Positions 38,985-49,600 of a DNA stretch of 64,000 nt are shown piece after piece (the stretch's first letter is position 1; each line of letters starts with the position of its first letter). The notes under the pieces were generated by a model. It did no database searches and had not been told where the DNA came from. It saw nothing but the letters and a program-made list of their open reading frames with translations. Source of the stretch: Glycera tridactyla (taxonomy: Eukaryota); contig OZ286470.1 in the NCBI GenBank assembly GCA_965644265.1, positions 37,696,001 through 37,760,000 on the forward strand. The letters run 5' to 3'. The translations under genes and the position numbers were made by a program.

Positions 38985-38995
38985 AAGATGGCGGC
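38985..38995 (+). promoter_or_regulatory. YY1-like site at the LINE 5' end (candidate internal promoter element)
   Basis: AAGATGGCGGC, about 10 nt inside the 5' junction, matches the YY1 consensus AAnATGGCGG. A YY1 site occupies a similar position in human L1. Confidence 0.5.
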
Positions 38996-39195
38996 AATAC
39001 TGAAGACACGCGTGTGACTAGCTCTGGGATAATTGAAGCCGAACACAGTCAAACTGGAGTATGAATGATATCTAACTGGATTGAGACATTGGATAGTATA
39101 GTATGTCAACGTATACACAACTGTGACTTAATTTAATAATCGCGGATTGACTTACTAGCTGAGTATACTTTCGGTCGTGAACTTTCTCATTGAAT

Positions 39196-41226
39196 ATGGC
39201 GGACACGTCGGTAATGACTCCTCGATGTCAAAGCGGTTGTGAACAGAAACAAGACGAGCGATCGCCCGACAGTGAGACAGAGTATAATGAGGACAAACTT
39301 ACTCGCCTGGAAAGGGGTCTTAGTATACCATCTATACCAAAAGAAATGGTCAGTAAGTGTGATGATACTAATGACTCAAGTACGATAGAACCTGATTTTA
39401 CATCGACTCAAATGTCCCAAGATACGATAAACACTAACAGCGAAACTATATTGGAATCAAGCCATTTTGATTCCCTAGCTGTGGGGAGTGAAAGCGACAC
39501 TGACTTCGAATCAGACGAGAATGCAGCAAACCATGACATGTTACCTGAGAAAGCGGTGAACCACACCTGTGAAACTGATTGTTTGACACCCTGTGTCAAA
39601 TACCCCACCCCGTCTGACCTGATTCAAGAATCAACAAACTATAATGTTGAATTACATGATGTGTCTGTGTATACTAACAATCAGGAACAAAAAGAAGATG
39701 ACACAAGTAAGATACCCGTCACAAAATCTGAGACGGATGCGGACCAAAAGTTGAGTGAACAAACTGACGTTCTGAAGGTTATAAACTCGGATATCTTTCA
39801 GAAAATTCTCAACGATAAAGTCAGCTTGGCCATATCTGATCACATCATGCCAGCGGGTATGGATAGACAGGAATTACATGATATAACAGAAAATCACCTC
39901 AAAAAATTTGCTAAGGGATACTGTGATGAGAACATGAAGGTGAGAATCATTGAACTTCACAGACGATTCCGTTGGGAAATGGAGGAATATGTTGAAAAAA
40001 CTGTGGAAGGAGATGTAAACAAGTACAGAGAAGAGATGCTGAATAAACATCAAGAAGTTGTAGGTGTTCTAAATGACCATCAACATCAAATTGAATGACT
40101 TCAAAACAAACTGGCTGACATGACAATGAAGGTTAAAGATGAGTTGGATGACCTACGCAAGAATATGACAACACCTGACCCTAAGGATGCAAAGAAAGAA
40201 GAGGAAATGATGGAAAAATCAGTCATAGATTTTTTCAAATGTGAACTGAGTGAGATCAAAACAATTATCTGTAATCATCATGCATTATTAGATAGTCATG
40301 ATGCACATTTAACCTATCATGATATAGATGTGGACACTTTGCAAAAGATTGAAAGATTGAGTGTGATTGTAATAGAAGGCATGCCTGTTAAGAAAAACAT
40401 TACCCTTCACGAACAAGCCATCGAACTTATAAATGGAAAAACACCGCTAAAATTGAACCAAAGTGATATTTGTCAATCCATACGATTTGGTCCTGTTCGA
40501 GAAGGTAAACCACGAGCAGGGCGTATTCGATTCTGTAACCCCGACACACGGAGACGAGTTCTCAAGCATAAATCATGTTTCAGAGGTACCGAATTTTACA
40601 GCAGGGAATATCTGACCCCTTGGAAAAATGATTTATTTAAACATGCTAAAGTAGCCAAAAATCAGGGAAAAGTTGCTATAGTTTGGACCCAGGATGGGAG
40701 AGTGTGTGTCTCGCATGGAATTGAAAAGCCGAAACTCTTTTTGAATAGCCATAGCTCACTTGCAGATGCCATTGCAAAAGGTGCTAACCAAATAAATCCT
40801 CCTGAACCCCTAGTTGATGAAACTTCCTCCCACACTGACAGCGTAGGTAAGAAAGCTCCTGTGAATGATGATGTGACATCTAAAGCACCCACCAGGACCA
40901 AAATACCCCAGCTTTCCCATGGAAATGTAGAAGATAAAAATAATTCAAATACACCACCTACCAACTCTAATCGAGATGAAGCTATCAGAGATATCTCAGA
41001 AGCCTTCAAGAATATAGGAGCTAAAATCATAACTACCACAAAATCACAAAATGAGAAGAAAAAACAACTTGGAACAGGAAAAGAAAGGGAATACATACCT
41101 AGCTTTGAAGACTTCCCCTCGTTGTCTGACTATAGACGAGAATCGGTTGGAGGGCGTGGTCCGTATAGGGGTAAACGCGGTTATCGATCGACTCGCGCTC
41201 GAACACAACGGGGATCCCGAAACTGA
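39196..41226 (+). pseudogene. LINE ORF1 (acidic N-terminus, coiled coil, L1-type RRM + CTD, basic RG-rich tail); one in-frame stop
   Basis: ORF-track pieces 39190-40098 and 40120-41226 are in the same frame, separated only by TGA at 40096-40098 (HQIE*LQNKLADM). The segment VIVIEGMP..DICQSIRFG..PRAGRIRF..RRRVL..FYSREYLTP..AIVWTQDGRVCV fits the L1/Transposase_22-type ORF1 pattern. Confidence 0.8.
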
Positions 41227-41591
41227 CTTCATCACTTGATCTCTATTTACGCGAGACAACACGTGCGATTCCGGCCAGTTCATAACGAAATCATGCTAAA
41301 ACTAGCCAATTTGGTAACTCAAATTCGTAAGAAGAATTGCTTGGAAAGTTGCAAGAACCAGGTAAGATACTGAGGATATTGGTATGATGAGAGTATACCG
41401 AGTATTTGCCGCGGTTTTGTTGTCGTATCCCATATCAGTCTGGGAAACCCCATCTGAGTCGGAGAAAGGACTAACTTGAGCGCCTGTCATGAACCATACA
41501 TCTTATATCACCGCGATTAATAAGTACTACAAGGAAATATACAAAAGCTGTTAAAGAAATTAAGGGCAGCCAATAGGGAAGTGTAATAGGA

Positions 41592-41719
41592 TGTATGGGT
41601 GTGTGTGTGTGTGTGTGTGTGTGGTTGTGTGTGAGTGTGTAGGAGAGTGAGGGTGTGTGTATGGGTGTGTGAGTATGGGTGTGTGTGCTGAGGGTGTATG
41701 TGTGTGTATGGCAGTGTGT
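41592..41719. repeat. (GT)-rich microsatellite inside the LINE between ORF1 and the esterase ORF
   Basis: Seen directly. Confidence 0.9.
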
Positions 41720-41809
41720 TTCAGATACTTCTCACAAGTACTGCAAAATAGAATTGATCATATAAACTAGTATTAAATTATTTTATAGCAATAGTTAATC
41801 CTGATATTC

Positions 41810-42775
41810 ATGAATTGTCTGTACCCCTTTGTTACACAGAAAATCCCAGAACTTGCTGAACTAGCTGCTGGAGAACGAGTATCTCTAAATAGAGATAGCT
41901 GCCCAATATTTCGGAGAAGACAACTTATCGAAGAACATGGTGTACCATCGGTTTTGATTGTGGGAAGTAGCCATGTATGGCGATTCAAGCGCTACATACA
42001 ACAAGATCTTCCAAGCCATGATATAAGGGAAGTCTTAATTCAATGGGATATATGGGGTATCAGTGGAGCGAAATGGCTGACATTTGCAAATGAAGTACAA
42101 GGCAACTTTTCCAATACCAAGGATGGATTCAAGAAAATGAAATTGTATGGAAACACCCTTGAAAAGATAAAATCCAGAAATATTTCACCAAACTATCTAG
42201 TTTTCATCCTGGGTTCAAATGATGTAGATAAGGCCAATCAGAAACTTAGAGGAATCAAAAATCGAGTTAGAGATCCCAGAGTAATGAGGTCTGAGTGTAA
42301 CAAGGTACTTCAATGCTCCTATACTTCCATACTGACACAAATTGACATGGTGATCAAACTGTTTATGGATCTATATCCTGAAGTAGTGTGTTGTCATGTG
42401 AAAATTGCTTGGAGACCTGGTTGGTATGATGAATCGAAGGCACTTGCTATCTGGATTGATAATTACCTCAGACGCAGATTCAATGCTCCTTTCTCAGGAT
42501 TGAATATGAAAACCATTGGCATACATCATATGTATGTTAGAAAGCGGAGAACCAATGAACAGAAATGGGGTTTCATACAGAAGAAGAAAGTCTACAAGAA
42601 ACCATGCAAATACGGGGAAATCATGTGTGGGATGTTTTGTGGAGACAAAGTTCATTTCAGCAAACATGGCAACATGGCATTAGGTATGTCTATTATTCCA
42701 CCAATACTAGAGGATTGGTATTCTCTCTGCAGGCCATGTAAAAATGGCTGTGACAAGGTAAACCACTCAAGCTGA
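41810..42775 (+). CDS. SGNH/GDSL-family esterase-like protein within the LINE, 321 aa, uninterrupted
   Basis: SGNH blocks in order: I LIVGSSH, II WGISGAKW, III VFILGSNDV, V GDKVHFSKHG (D-x-x-H). Confidence 0.82.
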   Translation: MNCLYPFVTQKIPELAELAAGERVSLNRDSCPIFRRRQLIEEHGVPSVLIVGSSHVWRFKRYIQQDLPSHDIREVLIQWDIWGISGAKWLTFANEVQGNFSNTKDGFKKMKLYGNTLEKIKSRNISPNYLVFILGSNDVDKANQKLRGIKNRVRDPRVMRSECNKVLQCSYTSILTQIDMVIKLFMDLYPEVVCCHVKIAWRPGWYDESKALAIWIDNYLRRRFNAPFSGLNMKTIGIHHMYVRKRRTNEQKWGFIQKKKVYKKPCKYGEIMCGMFCGDKVHFSKHGNMALGMSIIPPILEDWYSLCRPCKNGCDKVNHSS

Positions 42776-44033
42776 GTACAATATGTATCCAAACACATTA
42801 TGATGATATGCTTGTGAAGTTGCTTAAATTTTATAGAATTGTGATGATAATATGTATGATTGAATCTTTCACAGCTTACTCATGAAACTACTTATTTTTG
42901 CAGGATTATGATGATTACATGTACGAATGAACCCTGAGCTACCATGAGAAGGGTTTGTGTGGATGCAATGGATCAATGGACACTGGCCTATTGGGTTCCT
43001 ACACCTGTCGCAGAACACAAATAAAAACTGGTGAACTGTCGGTACATTGCATCTTTACAGATCTGTATCAAGTAGGTGATCCAGGAGATTGAACTGATTG
43101 GTTTGTGAAGAAAGCATTAATAAAATGCAGTCTCAAAGTGAGTCTGGTCATGAATAGCTACTGTGTAAATGTGGGGTTCCTACACCTGTCGCGGAACACT
43201 GCAGAACACATGTGGACCTATGAGTGTACTCACATCCACCATGGATTGAATAACCCATATTATAATTATATTATATTATATGGGCTCAATAACCAAATTA
43301 TTTGTATTTGAATTATTAAAACATTTGTATTTGACAAGGATATATGTAAAATGGAATACTCCAAATTTACCTTTTGTGTGTTGTTCAAAGAGGTACAACT
43401 CATGATATATTATGATATAACCTAAACTGAAATTATTGTTTTCTTGTCGGTCTGCTCTGTATGATGTCAGAATGGAAGAATCATTTTTCTCTAAAAATTC
43501 TTGTTGATTTGAAATATCCAGTTTTCAGTCTGATAGATTATTCACTGACTACACATACCAATCATATCTCTGTCCACTCGTTTGAGCAATGACTTAAAAT
43601 GAATCCAAATATACCCTCACTTTATTTCGGAATGAGAATTTAATTTTGATCATCATGTGATTTAGATCTTGTTTTTGATTTTGTAATTTTGAGTTAGAAT
43701 TTGATACTTGTTTTTTTTTTGTTTAGCAATGAGTATGACGGGGTAACTGGCTCAATTAATTCTAACAAATATGATGTTTAAAAAGACATACTAGTACAAA
43801 GTAAAATTTTGTTAAATCCAGATCTTTATCCGCAAATATTTAGATTGTCCTGTGGATCTCCAGTTATGAGTTTTGGCTTTCGTTTCCCATATGCCATATT
43901 GATCTAGTTTAAGTTATTACTGACCAATCTTGACAAATCGAGCTAAGTAAACTTAGCGATATATTTCATTTACCATTTATCATTTTTTTTCTTTTTTTTT
44001 TCTTTTTTTTCTTTTCATCCATTTTGAGTGACA

Positions 44034-46630
44034 ATGGCGAGCATCAATGAAAATAAATCAACTACCCAAAAATCAAGACCAGCAATGGAAATGAAGGGAT
44101 TGAAGGGAGTCAAGATTGGACATTTGAATATTCGAGGGTTACTTAAAAAACTTGGGGAAATTCGTATACTACTTCTACAAAGTGATATTGATGTCTTGAT
44201 ACTTGCTGAAACCTTTCTGTGTGAATCACATTCTAATGCAGAGCTAGCTATTCCTGGTTTTCATATTGTACGACTAGACCGAACTAAGGAAAGTGGCAAG
44301 ATAAGAGGAGGAGGATTGCTTATATATGTGAAAAACAAAAGGGTTTTGGAATTGCTTGATGATCGAATCATTTGTAGCCATGATATTGAAGCCATGTGGC
44401 TTAGATTGATATTACCTGATACCAGACCGATATATTTATGTGCAGTTTACAGACCTCCAAGTGGTAATCCTGATATTTATCTTGATTGGTTGGAAGAAAA
44501 TACAATAGATCTGAGCATGTCCTCAGTGAGTGACGTGTTAATTATTGGAGACACAAACTTAGATTATAGAAATAAAGCAATCTCAAAAAATTATAGAAAT
44601 ATGCTCAAAAATAACAATCTTAGTCAACTTATAGATTGTGATACCAGGATTACCACAACGAGCCTTACTATTATTGACCACATAATTGTAAACCATACTG
44701 ACCTCTATCATCAGCATGCAACACTAGATTGTGGTCTTTCGGATCATAGCCTCATAGTTGTGGCGAGGAAAAAGAAACCTGTTTCAAAGAATTTTGAATT
44801 TGTCTACTTTAAAGACTTTAAGAATGTAAATTATGAGGAGTTGTCATCAGATATTAGTCAAGTAGATTGGGGAAATTTGTACATTTGTGATGATGTGAAT
44901 AAATGAGGAAATTTTAAATCGACCTATACCATTAAAGAGACATGAAGTATACGAAAATTGGCCAAAATGGCTTAATGGTGAATACTTGGATCTTGTGAAA
45001 TCTCGCGAAGAAGCAAGTAGGAAATTCAGATTATCTGATACTGATGAAAACAGGGAAACAAAAAAATACCTAGAACATAAATGTAAAAATCTGAAACCAA
45101 CGCTTCAACGTGAATTTATAAACTCAAGCTTTGAACAATATCGTAATGAACCAAAAAAACTTTGGGCAACAATCAAAGAGTTTTGAGGGAATAATAAGGG
45201 GCAGACAGAAATTATAAAAATTGGAGATACAACGGATCCATTAGAAATAGCTGATAGGCTCATAACCCATTTTAGTAGTATTGGAGAAAAATTAAGCAAC
45301 AAAATTAACAATGATGGTGCTGATCCTTTATCTGACTTTCCATATGACTTAAAAAATAAACTTAATCTACATATATTACATCAAGAGCAAGTGGAATCTA
45401 TTATTCGGAAACTGTCTGCAAACAAGTCAGGTCAGGATGATGGTTTGTCTGTTAAAATAGTGAAAGGTTGTATGTCTGCCTTGGCTCCCCTATTGACACA
45501 AATTTTTAACATCAGCATCACCACTGGTATATTTCCCAATCAATGGAAACTGGCATCAATTGTTCCTTTATTCAAAGAGGGGTCACGATCTGATGAATCA
45601 AATTATAGGCCAATTAGTCTCCTTTCGACCCTAAGTAAAATATTAGAAAAGTTGGTTCATCACTAAGTATCTGCATTTTCTTAATGTCATGGTCTACTGT
45701 GTCGGGAGCAGTCAGGGTTCCGGGAGGGTTGCTCCACTGGTACTTGTTTACTTGAATTTCTTGACAAAATTTATCATAATATAGAAAAGGGTTGTACCAG
45801 TGGGGTAATTTTCCTGGACCTAAAGAAGGCTTTTGACACGGTGGACCATGGCATTCTCTTGAAAAAATTGAGTAGATATGGTGCAGATGAAATGTGTATA
45901 CAATGGTTTGAGAGTTACCTACGCAATCGATTATGTCACGTCAAGTGTAATGGCATGCGTTCTGGTGAGAGAGTTGTAAACTGTGGCGTCCCACAGGGAT
46001 CCACGCTGGGACCCTTATTATTTTGTATTTATGTGAATGATATTACCCATTTTATGAGAGGTCCCAGTGTGAATCTTTATGCTGACGACACAGCTATACT
46101 TGTTGCTGATACTAATCCTAAAATTGAAATTAGAAAGTTCATTGAATAAAATTAGCACTTGGTTAAAATGTAATAAATTGAGTTTGAATTTAAGAAAAAC
46201 TAAAATAATGATTTTGGGAACCAGAATGCAAGTCAAGAGAACAACAATAACAGTGACAATTGACTCTCACATGGTTGATATATTACCTGAATTTAAATAC
46301 CTTGGGGTGATTCTAGACAGTTGTTTGAATTTCTCCTCACATGCTGAGTATATAAGATCTAAAACTATTGGCAGGGTGGGGGTCCTGGGGAGACTCAGGG
46401 GAGTGATTAGTCAAAATACTGCCTTGATGCTCTACAGGTCCCTCATACTGCCGGTATTTGACTATTGTGACATCGTCTATGATGGTCTAGGAGTGGCAGA
46501 TGCTTCAAAACTCCAAAAGGTCCAAAATAAGGCTTTTAGAATAACAACCAATAGTGATTATAGAGTACGGACCAATGATATTCATAGTGCTTTAAAACTG
46601 CCATTTTTGGACCAACGTAGACGATGTCAC
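44034..46630 (+). pseudogene. LINE ORF2, apurinic endonuclease + reverse transcriptase, decayed
   Basis: KIGHLNIRGL, VLILAETFL, LCAVYRPP, IIGDTNLD, IIDHIIV and LSDHSLI (APE); NYRPISLL, FLDLKKAFDTVDH, GVPQGSTLGPLLF, LYADDTA and LPVFDYCDIVY (RT). Stops at 44906, 45186, 45666 and about 45684; frameshifts near 44910 and 46130. Confidence 0.92.
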
Positions 46631-49600
46631 CCATCATCTATCACCCATCATCTATCATTGTCACGTATCACCCTTTCCATCTTGTTTATATTCATAATTA
46701 TATTCATATCATACCACATTAACGGGTCATCAATGCATTCACCATGGTAAACTGATGAGACAAGGTAGATCTTTGTCACGTAGACAATAATATTGAAAAG
46801 GTATCGATTGCAATGCTCACACAACAATGCTGAAATGTTTGTGAGAAATTTGGTAAGACCAATGTTGATAATGGGCAAACCCCATATTTAAATATTTGTA
46901 TGTTTATGTTTATGTATGTTTATTTCCATATCAGTTCATACCTCATATATCAAATAATTATTTTTTTCATCCATATTTTTCATTTTTTCAATGGTATAAG
47001 ATTGGGAAAACATGAATTAGTAAGTTTGTCAACCTGGAGAAGCCCAATCAGGGCAATTGGGTCATATACAACATCCATTATGAAATATTGATTGAATGCT
47101 ATGTATTGTGCTGAATTTTATTGTATGTATATGTTGACGAAGTTAAATAAAGTAAAATCAATCAATCAATCAATCCACCTTAGCAACCAAATCAGATAAC
47201 TGTAGATGCTTCCAACTCAGCAACTTGATATCCTCTTTTCTAACTACTCCATCATGTAGCATCTTCTCCAAACGGATCATCACATCCTTGAATTCTTGAA
47301 CTAGTATAAATGATGCTAGAAGTGTGAATATGTTTGATATCAAGTAATGGACGGAAATGAAGTGGAAAACGACAAGAGAAACTCCAACAACGATGCGGAA
47401 AGCATTCAAAGGCTCCAACCAGGAGTAGGCAATCAGTGATGAGATGTCATCCATTCCAAGGTTGCAATATAATGCCCATATGCCCCACACAGAAGATGAT
47501 ATTGGAGTGAGAGTGGCAAGGATGATGATAATCATAACAAAACCCTTGATTTTTCTCCTATATTTTGGATAGCTGAAGTCAGAGACACTAGAAAGTTCTT
47601 CAATGAAGGGGATGATCATCTGCCAGGCATGGTGATTGTAAAAGTTGGTCAATACATTGTGTGTGAGTATGAGTGCGAAAGAAAGTCGAGATAGGAGATT
47701 GTCTAGTTCCATGGAACCAAAAATGATCGATAACCGGCAGCGTATCATGAACATCAGGGTCAGAATCAAATGCAACCAAAACAACAACCAAAATAGTGTA
47801 GGCGTTGTAACGTGGTGTACTTTTGGCCTGGTCTGTAAACCACTCCAGCGAATATTAGCATGTAGATTATTAATGGATGAAAATCCTCGTACAATGATGA
47901 ATCATTGGTTGTGAATACATTGCTCTCCATGATTCAGCTCAACTCCAGGCTTATGGTAGAAGTATGGCAGGAGCAATTTCCATTTGCAAGCAACTCTGAC
48001 TTGTCCTTCTACTGAGAATGGCGTCTATGTCATAAGCAACAGGAGATTGTGTTTACACACCATCATGCCGAATGCAAAAGTGGCATTCCAGCTAGTCTGT
48101 TTGGTATGGGCACATAACCACATCAAGGCCAGACCAACGATCCATTGTCCGATGATAGTTACAGAGAAGACATTGATGAAAAAAAAAACACTGAAAAAAA
48201 TATCCACAGGACTCGGTGATGAACTATTGACCGAGTATAAAGTACCGAAGGCATGATTGCATAGGACAAGTCGCAGTAGTGAACGAAATTGTTGATGATC
48301 TGAGAAGATGATCATCTGATCATATATCAGGATATTTCGAACACACAGCATTACATTTCTCACGAAATTCATCTACTAAACATCACTCAGGAGAATTTCC
48401 AAATTATGATTTACATTCGATGATAGGTAAGAATATGACCCGCTTCAGCTGTACCCGTATGACCATGGAGAAAATCGAGAATGAGGGATTGGATTGCTAC
48501 TTAGATTCTCTATTTGTTGACACTATACAAGAGTTGTTCCACGTGAGGCACACTTGACAACCTGAGTCTTGAGATATGCATTTGTGAAGTAGCAGCACTA
48601 GGTTACAGTTTTCATCGATATAGAGAAAGCCTATTCCTCCACCTGAAGACATTAATCCATCCAATATTAATATAAGGAGCAAAATACCAAATTCTCTCTT
48701 TTTTTTCAAGGAATCGATTATTCTTTGTCCGACTCGGGTTCATGAAAATACAACTCGCTGAGACGGTTATAGTACTGGGAGACAGATTTGATGTATGGAG
48801 GCCTATCCTTATATGAGCAGACTAGAACCACTGGTGTCCTTTGGAAAGAGTGATGGATTGCCACCAGTGTTGCTGACGCTTCTTTACAGCATTTTTAGTC
48901 TGAGCAAACATAATCTCTTCACAAGTCAGATCACATCTCTCCATAAACAACGTCATGGTACCACCCATTCCCCTGCTTTCATTTCTCCACCATCCCTACC
49001 CTAGAGTATCTATGAGTTTTCAACTTCTGTGAGAGACCCAGGAGTCTTCAATGATCCCACCGATGTGCATTGCACTAGCAGATTTGATACTGATGTGACG
49101 TTAAACCAAAACCAACCAATCTCTCTCTATTTCTCCTCCTCTCCTTTCCTCTCCCCTGGCCCCCTCATACCTATTTTCCTTCCCCTCCTTGTCTCCATAT
49201 TCCTCATATTTCTCCGCCTTTACTCCCCTCCTAGGATCCTCTTTTTTTTTGCATTGGCCACCTCGCCCTTGCCGTTGCCTTTCATCCTACCTGCTGCCCG
49301 CCTTTACTGCACTCATCCCTGATAATTTTCACCAATTGAGCCTTCTCCATTTCATCTTCCCCCTTGTTGTATCCCGGTTTCCTGCTGATTTCTTCAATCT
49401 TGATGGTTTTTATGCCACCACAAGTGTGATGTGGCAGTTGGAAATCAGCATCTCGAGAGCAGACGATGAACCCTCATGATGGAAATGGATTTGAAGGTGT
49501 AAGAGACAGGACTGATAGTTTTCGTCTCACTTTTCTGTATAACTTACCTGCTTCATATGTGATATCAATAAAGTGAATACTCTCCACAATGAGCCCGAAG

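Larger units (their letters stand above)
38976..47172 (+). mobile_element. Apparently full-length CR1/L2-group (Jockey-superfamily) LINE with three ORFs
   Basis: Both ends are fixed by the interrupted host exon (ATCC at 38972-38975 and 47173-47176). It contains a 5' UTR, ORF1, an SGNH ORF, APE-RT ORF2, a 3' UTR with a hairpin at about 47042-47061, AATAAA at about 47146 and an (ATCA)n tail. Confidence 0.92.
35566..47930 (-). pseudogene. Gr-like subfamily A gene A5, disrupted by an 8.2-kb LINE and a frameshift
   Basis: Exon 1 is split into 47930-47173 (MESNVFTTND...LSDLVAKVD) and 38974-38786 ((D)EMSLCVIG...TIQKW|gtgagt). Exon 2 37434-37354, exon 3 36238-36149 and exon 4 35688-35566 are all open with canonical sites. 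Relative to A1 there is a 2-nt indel near 47780 (TGT TTTGG TTG vs TGT CGC TTG). Confidence 0.92.

Noticed and set aside
43982-44015. T-tract as the poly(A) tail of a minus-strand retrocopy nested in the LINE
   Set aside because: Such an element's body would lie to the right, where sense ORF2 is; no TSD brackets the middle segment.
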